IMG/VR virus record: IMGVR_UViG_3300027297_000001 | Coordinates: 1 to 34,504 of that record | DNA length: 34,504 nucleotides | From: a virus | Reading direction: 5' to 3' (one strand) | In this document: positions 13,110 through 21,244 of the stretch, one piece after another | How positions within the stretch are numbered: the first letter of the stretch is position 1 | How the letters are laid out: the number at the start of each line of letters is the position of its first letter | Position numbers and translations under genes: made by a program | Notes under the pieces: model-generated | Seen by the model: the letters and a program-made list of their open reading frames with translations, nothing else | Database searches by the model: none | Told to the model about the DNA's origin: nothing

Positions 13110-13873
13110 TGCCGATCATCGAAGAACGCTGGAAAGAAATTCAAAATCTGTCGTTGAAATTCGGCGGTCATAAACCGGATTCTCAATTTTGCGTGATGGA
13201 AGCCGCCGCCTACATCGCAGGTGAATCGTGGTCCGATCACCCTGTATGCGTGCCTCGGACCATCGCCGCGGTGTTGCGGCGATGGAATGACGCGCTTCCC
13301 TCGGATCGAGATCGTGATCGTCTATTGAAGCCGTTTCTTCCGCGCATTATTGGCTTACACGCTGACGCGAAAACGGAAATGCGCCGTGCGGTGATGTGCG
13401 GCGATTTCGCGCTTCGTTTCGTGATACCGGAATATTTGCGTTACGCCAAGAAAAAGGGACTTGCGGAAGAACTGGCCGCGACTTCGGAATCGACTACGCA
13501 AGCTGAACTTAAAATTGCAGCAAAATCAGTTCGAAATAAATTGCGCGCCATCGCCAGCGCCATCGACATCGCCAGCGCCAGCGACATCGCCATCGACATC
13601 GCCAGCGCCAGCGCCATCGCCATCGACATCGACATCGCCAGCGCCAGCGACATCGCCATCGCCATCGCCATCGCCAGCGCCATCGACATCGCCAGCGCCA
13701 GCGACATCGCCATCGCCAGCGCCATCGCCAGCGCCATCGCCAGCGCCATCGACATCGCCATCGCCAGCGCCAGCGCCATCGCCATCGCCAGCGCCAGCGC
13801 CATCGCCATTAATCAGAAACTAGAAGTAGCGAAATTGGCGCTCGTAGAGCGCATGATTTCGTGTGCGGAGTGA
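13109..13873 (+). CDS. Protein with a Cys-containing N-terminal domain and an 88-aa (Ala/Asp)-(Ile/Ser) dipeptide-repeat region (254 aa)
   Basis: TGATG overlap at 13107-13111. The N-terminal domain reads FCVMEAAAYIAGESWSDHPVCVPRTIAAVLRRWNDALPSDRDRDRLLKPFLPRIIG. The repeat is AIASAIDIASASDIAIDI... The frame continues into a unique C-terminus NQKLEVAKLALVERMISCAE. Confidence 0.7.
   Translation: MPIIEERWKEIQNLSLKFGGHKPDSQFCVMEAAAYIAGESWSDHPVCVPRTIAAVLRRWNDALPSDRDRDRLLKPFLPRIIGLHADAKTEMRRAVMCGDFALRFVIPEYLRYAKKKGLAEELAATSESTTQAELKIAAKSVRNKLRAIASAIDIASASDIAIDIASASAIAIDIDIASASDIAIAIAIASAIDIASASDIAIASAIASAIASAIDIAIASASAIAIASASAIAINQKLEVAKLALVERMISCAE
13547..13810 (+). repeat. 44 tandem hexanucleotide units built from only three unit types (GCCATC, GCCAGC, GACATC)
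   Basis: Read directly: 264 nt of strict 6-nt periodicity. All six frames are open across it, which explains track ORFs 13441..13809 (-) and 13461..13823 (+). Confidence 0.9.
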
Positions 13874-16100
13874 ATTTGTGATTTTACTCGGATGGGAAAT
13901 CGGAACGGGAAAGCGCGTGGAAATCCCGGACACCGGGCATCTGGCGTGGTTTGGCCAGACGCAGCTATCCGGGAAAACTACGGCGCTCGAGGCCATCGCC
14001 TATCGTGGGGAACTGACGGCCGTCGCGTTCATCACGAAACAGGGCGAGGGGGGATTCCTCACCGGGCGGATGATCCCCCCTTATTTCTCCGAACCGACGA
14101 ACGACGAAGAGCAACCGCTCTGGCGATGGGTGAAATCCATCCTCGAGGCTTCGCAACAGCGCAAAATGAATTTCGAGGAATCCTGGATCATCCGCGCCTG
14201 CGAGGATCCGCGCCTCGCGCAAACCCTGGCCGACGTGCATTCCAACATCAAGGCTTTGCTGGGCGGCGAGGGCGGCTACATCGAAAAAGGCCGCGGCAAG
14301 AAAAAGAAGCGCGAATGGAAATATTCCCGCAAACCAGTGTCCGGGATGAATGCCGGCATTTACACCAGCTTGAAAGCGTACTTCGATATCGTGATGCCCC
14401 AGCTGGCCCGCCTGCCTTACACCAAGAGACTGAAACTTTTCCCCGGCCTGAACGTGATGGACCTGCGCGAATACGCCACGGAGACGCAGGCGCTCGTGAT
14501 CCGTTCGGTGATGGAGTGGGTGTATCAGCACGAAAAGAACGTGCGCGTGATCGTCCCCGAATCGCAGGACTTCGTGCCGCAGGGAAAAAACTCCCCGGTA
14601 AAGATGGCCTGCGAGAACCTGGTGCGCAAGGCCGGGGCCAATAAAAATTTCATGTGGCTGGATTCGCAGGATATGGCCGCGGTGGACAAGATCATGCTGC
14701 GAGCCTGCTCGATCGTGGGCTGCGGCGTGCAAACCGAGGGGCACGAAATTGACCGCACGCTCGCGAGCATGTTTTCGCCCCAGCTAAAACCGATTGACAT
14801 TGCCCGGCTGCGCATCGGCGAATTCTTCGTGCGCACGCCGGAAGCGCGCGTTTCGAAAGTGTACGTGCAACCGGCCTGGATGGATAGCGAGCTCCACGCG
14901 CAGGCCATCGCCCGCGGCGAGGAAACCGTCGCCAGCGCGCGGCAGATGTTGCGTGCGTTTAAAGATTCAAGGAAACCCGGTCCGTCGTCCCCCCAACTGT
15001 TGCAAATTCAGGAGGAATCCGATGCCGAATGTGAGCGAAGTGCAGACGTTGAATCAGGGGCCGAAATATCAAAGTCAAGCGCGGAGGTTTCAAAGGATGA
15101 TCGAACTTCCAAGCGTCTACACCACGTCGACTCAGACGATGATTCTGGAACTGAAATTCGCCCCGAAGTTGACGATGGAAATCGAATTCACGAAGGGCGA
15201 AGCGTTCGAACTTCTGCGAGCGATCGCGGATGTGCCCCGAACGATGGAAATAATGAGGAAAACGACGGTTTACCACGGAAACAAGAAGCCCAAAAAACAA
15301 AAAATCTAAACGAGGAGACGATTCATGAAAAGCCTGGCAGGCAGGAAAGTCAAACCGCATGTGATGTTCAATCCGGTGCCGTTCGCGGATCAAGTGCTGG
15401 CGCGGAAGGATTGGACGATCGCGAAAAAGAGGGAAGTGATTCTATTCCAGGTGTTCGGGATCTCTCCCCGGAAAGTGAGGACGCAATGCCGGAAACCGCA
15501 GCCCAAAAAGTAGAGCGGCAACTGGACGATAACGTAATTCCCACGTTGGGCACGCTGCGCGAGCTTTTGAAAGATCACGCGGCGCTGATTGAAGCCCACG
15601 ACGCGCTGGCCGCGCGCGCGAGCGAACGGATGGTCACGGCATTGACCGAAGGTTACGAGGGAAACCTATCCCGATCAGCCGAAGCCATGACAAAACATCG
15701 GGAAAGCCAGTCCGCGCCGTCCGGCAACGGCCTTTCGCTCACCGTCCCGCAGTTGGACTACATCTACAAATACACCGTGGCGAAGGCGGCGAAGGCTCCC
15801 GGCATTCTGGAATTGCTCACCACGAAACCGGAACTGCGCGTGACCGTGCAACGGCAAACGGTGGAAATGGACGATTCCACGATCGTCGGACGGATCGCGC
15901 GGCTTCTCCACGAAGGATATTTCAAGAGTCCCAAAAACGTGCCCGCGCTGCAAAAGGAATTAAAGCGCCGCGGCTGCGATCAGCCCACCACGAACATTTA
16001 TAAGCCGATCAACAAACTGGCCGAGATGGGTTTTCTGACCGTGGAGGCCGAAGGCTACCAGGAAGTCCCGGAAATGAAAGTGTCCATTGTGAAAGCGTGA
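13863..16100 (+). CDS. HerA/FtsK-like P-loop NTPase + long acidic low-complexity linker + C-terminal winged helix (745 aa); candidate genome-packaging/translocating ATPase
   Basis: Walker A is HLAWFGQTQLSGKTTALEAI. Walker-B-like is NVRVIVPESQDFVP. FMWLDSQDMAAVDKIMLRACSIVGCGVQTEGHEIDRTL resembles the HerA/FtsK sensor region. The linker is acidic and Ser-rich, roughly residues 380-570. The C-terminus is GRIARLLHEGYFKSPKNVPALQKELKRRG...INKLAEMGFLTVEAEGY. The start is GTG (13863 or 13878). Confidence 0.65.
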   Translation: MRSEFVILLGWEIGTGKRVEIPDTGHLAWFGQTQLSGKTTALEAIAYRGELTAVAFITKQGEGGFLTGRMIPPYFSEPTNDEEQPLWRWVKSILEASQQRKMNFEESWIIRACEDPRLAQTLADVHSNIKALLGGEGGYIEKGRGKKKKREWKYSRKPVSGMNAGIYTSLKAYFDIVMPQLARLPYTKRLKLFPGLNVMDLREYATETQALVIRSVMEWVYQHEKNVRVIVPESQDFVPQGKNSPVKMACENLVRKAGANKNFMWLDSQDMAAVDKIMLRACSIVGCGVQTEGHEIDRTLASMFSPQLKPIDIARLRIGEFFVRTPEARVSKVYVQPAWMDSELHAQAIARGEETVASARQMLRAFKDSRKPGPSSPQLLQIQEESDAECERSADVESGAEISKSSAEVSKDDRTSKRLHHVDSDDDSGTEIRPEVDDGNRIHEGRSVRTSASDRGCAPNDGNNEENDGLPRKQEAQKTKNLNEETIHEKPGRQESQTACDVQSGAVRGSSAGAEGLDDREKEGSDSIPGVRDLSPESEDAMPETAAQKVERQLDDNVIPTLGTLRELLKDHAALIEAHDALAARASERMVTALTEGYEGNLSRSAEAMTKHRESQSAPSGNGLSLTVPQLDYIYKYTVAKAAKAPGILELLTTKPELRVTVQRQTVEMDDSTIVGRIARLLHEGYFKSPKNVPALQKELKRRGCDQPTTNIYKPINKLAEMGFLTVEAEGYQEVPEMKVSIVKA

Positions 16101-16291
16101 AAGTCAGCGAATATCTGCGGCGGTATCAGCTTGCCGGCGAGCCGCCCGATAATGGCGGCGACGCGATGCTGGACTTTTGGGGCGGCTGGCTGTGCGGCGT
16201 GTGTTATCGCGGCACGATCTGCGATTTAAATCAGGCCCGCGAAATGGCCGTCAAGGTCGCGGAATTCATCGAGGCGCATGCCCGTGAGTGA
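16097..16291 (+). CDS. Hypothetical protein (64 aa)
   Basis: GTGA overlap with the ATPase stop. Sequence starts MKVSEYLRRYQLAGEPPDNGGDAMLDFWGGWLCGVCYRGTICD. Confidence 0.5.
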   Translation: MKVSEYLRRYQLAGEPPDNGGDAMLDFWGGWLCGVCYRGTICDLNQAREMAVKVAEFIEAHARE

Positions 16292-16472
16292 GCATTTTCC
16301 AAAATCGACGATCAGCGCGACGGGCTGGTGCCGGAAGTGCAACCGCAACACCGAACACCAGGTGGACGACGGCCGTCTCGGGCGCTGCCTGGACCCGGAG
16401 CATCCCGCGCCCTCGTCGCGCGCGGCAGATGCGCCGAAGCCGGCCGAACAGAAAGGCTTGTTCGAAAAATGA
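16278..16472 (+). CDS. Hypothetical CxxC mini-protein (64 aa)
   Basis: ATG 16278. Sequence ...ATGWCRKCNRNTEHQVDDGRLGRCLDPEH... Confidence 0.5.
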   Translation: MPVSEHFPKSTISATGWCRKCNRNTEHQVDDGRLGRCLDPEHPAPSSRAADAPKPAEQKGLFEK

Positions 16473-16813
16473 GCAAGAAAACCCGCAGCGGAGCGAAGGG
16501 CGGACGGAAAGTAGGGAAGAGAAGCAGGGCCAAACTGGCTTCTCATTCTGAGCTGGGGCCGTCCGTCCCTCCCTCCGCTGCGCATTCGCAAGACGGGTAT
16601 ACCGTTGACGCGGCCGAAGCGATTATTACGGCACTCACGCTCGAGCGCCAAAAGCTGCTTTATGCCTTGCGCGGGACGCTTCATTTCTATGATCGTGTGG
16701 CTGGCAACGTAAAAACCGATCATGGCTGGATGGCGAAAGATGTTCTCTACTTGAAAGAAATCCGCATGTTGGCATGGGGTCGCGAAGAGGGAGAAAGCAA
16801 AAGTCCCCGGTAA
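16469..16813 (+). CDS. Hypothetical basic-N-terminus protein (114 aa)
   Basis: ATGA overlap at 16469-16472. Sequence starts MSKKTRSGAKGGRKVGKRSRAKL. Its TAA stop (16811-16813) is the loop of motif B copy 3. Confidence 0.55.
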   Translation: MSKKTRSGAKGGRKVGKRSRAKLASHSELGPSVPPSAAHSQDGYTVDAAEAIITALTLERQKLLYALRGTLHFYDRVAGNVKTDHGWMAKDVLYLKEIRMLAWGREEGESKSPR

Positions 16814-16826
16814 GGGGAGCTTTTGC
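16788..16826 (+). promoter_or_regulatory. Nested-hairpin RNA motif B, copy 3
   Basis: agggagaaaGCAAAAG(16797-16803)-TCCCC-GGTAA-GGGGA-g-CTTTTGC(16820-16826). The outer-stem change G:C->A:T is compensatory. Confidence 0.6.
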
Positions 16827-16827
16827 G

Positions 16828-17205
16828 ATGAAAATGCTCCTGGAATGCATTTTGATCAGCGCGTCCCTTTGCCGCGCCATCCATTCGCGGCCGATCGTGG
16901 CCCTCGGGGCGGGCCAGGCCGTCGCGCTTCTGGCCGATGGCGATCTGACGCGCCGAAATATCAAACAGGGCGGGATGGAAGTGGATCCGCTGGCGCGCGT
17001 TTTCATCGGCGCGCATCCCACCTGGCCGCGCATGGTTCCGATGGGCATTGTCCAGACGGCCGCGGGGATGTGGCTTGCGCAAAAAATGAAATCCAGCCGG
17101 CATGCGTGGCTGCGGCGCTGGTGGTGGCTGCCCCAAACCGCGGGGATCGCCGGAAACGCGCAGGGATTTATTTACAGCTACGTCCACTGGAAGCGAGGTT
17201 TCTAA
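16828..17205 (+). CDS. Small integral membrane protein (125 aa)
   Basis: MKMLLECILISASLCRAI... has further hydrophobic segments and a Trp-rich tail. The alternative in-frame ATG at 16834 fits the 'motif B + 2 nt + ATG' spacing seen at two other copies. Confidence 0.6.
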   Translation: MKMLLECILISASLCRAIHSRPIVALGAGQAVALLADGDLTRRNIKQGGMEVDPLARVFIGAHPTWPRMVPMGIVQTAAGMWLAQKMKSSRHAWLRRWWWLPQTAGIAGNAQGFIYSYVHWKRGF

Positions 17206-17212
17206 AAACACC

Positions 17213-17422
17213 ATGAAACTCGTGTGCGAATGCGGCAAGGAAATTGGAATCAAGAATCCGCCGGAGTTTATGGAAATCACGCGCTTCGTGCTCCGGCACG
17301 GTCACGTCCCGCCGCCGCGCCGCCCGCCACTCGCCGGCCTGATCTGTTCAAGCAAGGATTGTCCGATGGCGCATGGCTGGAATCGCACGCCGCCTGCAAA
17401 GCCGTGCAACCGCCTGGAATAG
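17213..17422 (+). CDS. Cys-rich mini-protein (69 aa)
   Basis: ATG 17213. Sequence MKLVCECGKEIGIKNPPEFMEITRFVLRHGHVPPP...CSSKDCPMAHGW. Confidence 0.5.
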   Translation: MKLVCECGKEIGIKNPPEFMEITRFVLRHGHVPPPRRPPLAGLICSSKDCPMAHGWNRTPPAKPCNRLE

Positions 17423-17469
17423 CCAGCCCTGCGATTTCTAGGGGGGTAGGACGCACGATCGGAGAGGGA

Positions 17470-17652
17470 ATGCCCTTCGGGAGACAGGTAAAATGCCAGT
17501 GCTGCCCGCACCGGGAGAGCCGAAACTCCCCGGTATTGAGTAAACCGTGTCCAAAGTGCGGCAGTAGAATGACTTACGCCGTGCCGCAACACGGCGATCA
17601 GCCCGTAACCCCTGATCCTGGCGCGAAGCGGCAAACCAGACTTTTTTCTTGA
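17470..17652 (+). CDS. Zinc-ribbon mini-protein (60 aa)
   Basis: ATG 17470 directly behind GGAGAGGGA. Sequence MPFGRQVKCQCCPHRESRNSPVLSKPCPKCGSRMTY (CxCC...CxxC). Confidence 0.55.
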   Translation: MPFGRQVKCQCCPHRESRNSPVLSKPCPKCGSRMTYAVPQHGDQPVTPDPGAKRQTRLFS

Positions 17653-17660
17653 CGGAGAAA

Positions 17661-18897
17661 ATGCGTGTGGCTCTTTCCCCCATCCATATCCTCTCGCTTT
17701 GCTCCGGGACGGGCATGCTCGATGAAGGACTTTGCCTCGGGCTTCCGGGATCCCGCGTTGTGGGTTACGTCGAGCAGGAAGCCTTCTGCGCGGCGATTCT
17801 CCTGGCCCGGATGGCGGACGAGGCTCTGGTTCCGGCACCTGTCTGGTGCGGAAACCTTGAGGACTTCCCCGGCGCCGGATGGCGCGGAAGCGTGGACGGA
17901 ATCACTGCGGGCTTCCCGTGCCAGCCATGGAGCCAGTCCGGGAAACGGCTCGGCGCCGCGGATGAGCGATGGATCTGGCCCGCCATCGTGGGAATTGCTC
18001 GCGATGTGGGACCGGATTTCCTCTTCCTGGAAAACGTGCCTGGCCTTGTTTCCTCAGACGGACTGGCCCGAGTTCTCGGCGACCTTGCCGGACTCTGGTT
18101 CGATGCGGAATGGATTTCTATCCGAGCGTCCGATGTGGGAGCCGCCCACCAGCGAAAGCGAATTTTTATTTTGGCCGTCCGCCCGGGGCGAGGATTCGGA
18201 ATCCTGCGGGAATCATCCGAGGAATGGCTCGGCGCATTCGGGGGATTCGCTGACCAGAGTGGCGCGCAACTGGCCAACGGTTTACGGCCAGGGAGCGGGA
18301 AATTCCGGGCCGGACGGGAACGAATTTTCGACGATGGCGCGCGAGTGGCAGACGCCGGCGGCGGACAGTTCCCGATCGAGGGGCCTCGATCGCCGGAACG
18401 AAATGGGCCTGGATCAGCAAGCGAGATTCTGGCCGACGCCGACCGAGGACAACGTAAACAATCAGGGCGGCCCGAGCCGGAGCCGCGAGGGAGCGTTCGC
18501 GGATTTGACCGTAGCGGTACAACGCTGGCCCACGGCCGGGGCGAACGATCACAAGGGATCGGCGAAGGAAGGCCAGAGGCGGGGCCAATTGGACGAAGCG
18601 GCAGTGCATTTATTTTCGCCCCCCGGTCCCGCTGATCCCGTCTGGCGAGACATTCTCTGCCGAAGCCCGTATCTCGCCCCCGCGATTGCCGCTGGCAGTG
18701 TCCGTGTCTGGTGGGACGACGCGAACCGATCTTTCATCACGCAAACGCCTGAATCCTTGCTTTGCGGCGTGGCTGATGGGCATGCCCTGGTGGTGGACGA
18801 ATCCCGCGCCGATCAGCTTCGCGCGATTGGAAATGGAGTCGTGGCGCTGCAGGCTGCGGTCGCGTTTAGAATTCTTGCTCGCCGATTCCGTAAATGA
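17661..18897 (+). pseudogene. DNA (cytosine-5) methyltransferase with a broken reading frame (+1 shift needed at 18162-18174)
   Basis: The frame of ATG 17661 carries motif I LSLCSGTGMLD, motif IV GFPCQPWS, motif VI ENVPGL and motif VIII QRKRIFILA, then turns into Arg/Gly-rich read-through up to 18635. The +1 frame from about 18166 carries repeated (F/N/R)WPT-type target-recognition repeats (FWPSARGED, NWPTVYGQG, EWQTPAADS, FWPTPTEDN, RWPTAGAND) and motif X RAIGNGVVALQA, ending at 18897. Confidence 0.8.
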
Positions 18898-20273
18898 ATA
18901 ATGCCGACATCGAATTGATCCAGGCCAATGCCCGGGCCCTACCCCTCGGGGATCACTCCGTCCAGTGCATCGTCACTTCGCCGCCCTATTGGGGCCTGCG
19001 CAAATACTCCGGCGAACAGGAATTTATTTGGGGCGGCGATCTCAGTTGCGAACATCGTTTCTTGGTTTGGTCACTCATGCCCGTCGATCGCGATCGAAAA
19101 GAAAGTGGATGTCGCTGCGGGGCCTGGCGCGGCGCTTACGGGATGGAGCCGGCCATCGAAATGTACGTTCAGCACACGGTGGAAATTCTGCGCGAACTTC
19201 GCCGCGTCCTGCGGCCCGATGGCGTGCTGTTCTGGAATATCGGCGATAGCTATCACAACGGCGACAAAGGCGGCTACCGCAAAAGCAGGCTCGGCCTGCG
19301 ATCCGAAATGCAGAAATCGAACATGGGCGGCGATATCCCCGGCGCTCCGAACCGGAATCCGCAACCAGGTTTAAAACCGAAAGATTTATGCCTGATCCCG
19401 GAGCGCGTGGCCATCGCCGCGCAGGCGGATGGCTGGTGGATTCGCTCCATCATCGTGTGGGCCAAGCCCAATCCCATGCCGGAATCCTGCCAGGACCGTC
19501 CCACGGACGCTTACGAACACATTTTGATGCTCACGAAATCGGAACATTATTTTTGGGACGCGGACGCCGTGCGCGAACCGGCCGTCCAGGGCGATAGAGT
19601 CCGCAGCGACGTTATCGGCGGGAATCGAAGTTCAATCCTACAGCACTCGCCTAGCGGAAAATTTACGCAAGGGTACGATGAATTCGGGTACGCACCGAAG
19701 GGAACGCACTCGCGCGGCAAAGGCGATGGAGGGCCGAAAGCCCGGGCCCGGGCGACTGAGGATAATTTTCGCGATTGGGCCGATTCGACGCGGGACGTGC
19801 TCGGCTATCGAAATATTCGCAACGTGTGGATGTTCGCCACGCAGCCGTTCGCCGGCGCGCACTTCGCCACGTTTCCAGAGGAATTGCCGCGGCGTTGCAT
19901 CCTGGCGGCGACGTCCGCCAAAGGCGCGTGCGCGCAGTGCGGCGCGCCGTGGGAGCGCGTCACGCGATCGAAGTTTTACGGCAACTGGAATCCCGGCCCG
20001 GGCAGCAACGGTCCGATGAAAGTAAACGCGCAGTGGGAACCGCCAGAAACAATCGGCTGGACGCCCACTTGCCGCTGCCCGGGGCAACGCGGGAAAACGG
20101 TTCCCTGCGTGGTGCTCGATCCCTTCGCGGGGAGCGGGACTACCGGCCGCGTGGCCAGGAGCCTTCGCCGGCGCGCGATCCTTGCCGATGTGGCCTACGG
20201 TGCCGGGGACGAATACCGGAAACTCGCGCTCGATCGCATTCGCGGCGTGGATGTGGAACTTCCGTTCTTATGA
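18894..20273 (+). CDS. N4-cytosine/N6-adenine DNA methyltransferase, beta-class motif order (459 aa)
   Basis: The catalytic motif IVTSPPYW is near the N-terminus and the AdoMet motif VVLDPFAGSGTTGRVA is near the C-terminus. Also present: IIVWAKPNPMPES and HFATFPEELPRRCI. The start forms an ATGA-type overlap with the C5-MTase stop. Confidence 0.85.
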   Translation: MNNADIELIQANARALPLGDHSVQCIVTSPPYWGLRKYSGEQEFIWGGDLSCEHRFLVWSLMPVDRDRKESGCRCGAWRGAYGMEPAIEMYVQHTVEILRELRRVLRPDGVLFWNIGDSYHNGDKGGYRKSRLGLRSEMQKSNMGGDIPGAPNRNPQPGLKPKDLCLIPERVAIAAQADGWWIRSIIVWAKPNPMPESCQDRPTDAYEHILMLTKSEHYFWDADAVREPAVQGDRVRSDVIGGNRSSILQHSPSGKFTQGYDEFGYAPKGTHSRGKGDGGPKARARATEDNFRDWADSTRDVLGYRNIRNVWMFATQPFAGAHFATFPEELPRRCILAATSAKGACAQCGAPWERVTRSKFYGNWNPGPGSNGPMKVNAQWEPPETIGWTPTCRCPGQRGKTVPCVVLDPFAGSGTTGRVARSLRRRAILADVAYGAGDEYRKLALDRIRGVDVELPFL

Positions 20274-20449
20274 ATTGCCCACGCTGCGGCCAGCCGTTAA
20301 AAGAGTCCGAGGCTTCGCGGAAATGGCTGCGGTTTTTTCGCTGCGAGGAATGCTGCTCAGATTGGCACTTCGTGGATGGCATTTTGCAGATGGGGAAAAC
20401 AGGGCGCCTGGATTTAGTCCCTCGATCGCGCCTTGATCTTGCGAGGTAA
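20270..20449 (+). CDS. Zinc-ribbon mini-protein (59 aa)
   Basis: ATGA overlap with the methyltransferase stop. Sequence MNCPRCGQPLKESEASRKWLRFFRCEECCSDWHF. Confidence 0.55.
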   Translation: MNCPRCGQPLKESEASRKWLRFFRCEECCSDWHFVDGILQMGKTGRLDLVPRSRLDLAR

Positions 20450-20518
20450 ACTTTAGTACCACTTTCGAGGTACTTGCGTACCATTACCCTCCCCGCTTCC
20501 TTCCGGCATTCTCTCTAC

Positions 20519-20722
20519 ATGGACATCCAAACAGCCGTACCCGAAATATTCGTTGACAGACGAAAGCGGGCCGAACGCCGGCGGGAACAGCGGCCGGTGG
20601 TGGAGGATCGCCGCGCTACGGACTGGCGGCGCGCCGCTGATCGCATGGAGCGCGACGGCAGGCCCGTGACCGCGCTTTTCTTTCGAAATGAAGCGGCCCG
20701 CGTGGAAGGGGAAAGCCGATGA
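20519..20722 (+). CDS. Arginine-rich mini-protein (67 aa)
   Basis: ATG 20519. Sequence MDIQTAVPEIFVDRRKRAERRREQRPVVEDRRATDWRRAADRMERDGR. Confidence 0.45.
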   Translation: MDIQTAVPEIFVDRRKRAERRREQRPVVEDRRATDWRRAADRMERDGRPVTALFFRNEAARVEGESR

Positions 20723-20853
20723 TGGCCTGGATGGTCTACGGTTTAAATCTGGCGGGGTTTCTCGGCACCTGGTGGGCTTTCCTGATCGTGGCCGCGAATG
20801 CGTTCCACTCGCGGCCTGTGAATCACTACTCAGTAGTCACGACGCTTTTCTAG
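20719..20853 (+). CDS. Possible 44-aa single-TM mini-protein, last gene of the plus arm
   Basis: ATGA overlap at 20719-20722. Sequence MMAWMVYGLNLAGFLGTWWAFLIVAANAFHSRPVNHYSVVTTLF. It is below the ORF-track length cut-off. Confidence 0.4.
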   Translation: MMAWMVYGLNLAGFLGTWWAFLIVAANAFHSRPVNHYSVVTTLF

Positions 20854-21218
20854 GCAACCGGCGTCACGGTCGGATCGGCCTTTGTGGCGACGGCATTCTG
20901 CGCGAGGGCCACGGCCTGCAGGGCCGCGGCCGCGGAAATGGATTTGCCGGTGCTTTCCGCCGCGGCGATCAAGCCGCTGATGGCCTTGCCGATGCTCATT
21001 TGCCCGGTGAGCACGTCTGTCGCTTCGGTGCACGCCGTGACGGCCAGCGGGCCGATCCAGCTATCCAGGAGCGCTTTGCCGGCGGATTCGATCTTGGCGG
21101 CTTCCGTCGAGCCGATTAGGTTTGCGAGATCCTGTTCCACGATCGTCACCTTTGCCTTGATCCAATTCCAGATTTTTCCGAGTTCACTTTCGGATGGCGT
21201 TGCGGGGGAAGTGCTCAT
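20850..21218 (-). CDS. Hypothetical Ala-rich helical protein (122 aa), last gene of the minus arm
   Basis: ATG 21216-21218 behind AAAGGAAAAA. Sequence starts MSTSPATPSESELGKIWNWIKAKVTIVEQDLANL. Confidence 0.6.
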   Translation of the reverse strand: MSTSPATPSESELGKIWNWIKAKVTIVEQDLANLIGSTEAAKIESAGKALLDSWIGPLAVTACTEATDVLTGQMSIGKAISGLIAAAESTGKSISAAAALQAVALAQNAVATKADPTVTPVA

Positions 21219-21244
21219 TTAGTTTTTCCTTTCCACGATCAGGA

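Noticed and set aside
13441-13823. ORFs 13441..13809 (-) (LAMA repeats) and 13461..13823 (+) (PSPAPS repeats)
   Set aside because: They exist only because the hexanucleotide array is open in all frames. Only the 13109..13873 frame has unique, protein-like flanks on both sides.
17514-17545. Sixth copy of hairpin motif B (GAGAGCCGAAACTCCCCGGTATTGAG)
   Set aside because: It matches only the 5' half. The 3' arms (GGGGA, CTTTCGC) are absent and it lies inside a plausible zinc-ribbon CDS.
18180-18635. C-terminal ~150 aa of ORF 17649..18635 as a real domain of the C5 methyltransferase
   Set aside because: It is Arg/Gly/Pro-rich read-through without motifs IX/X. The +1 frame over the same DNA carries the expected TRD repeats and motif X.
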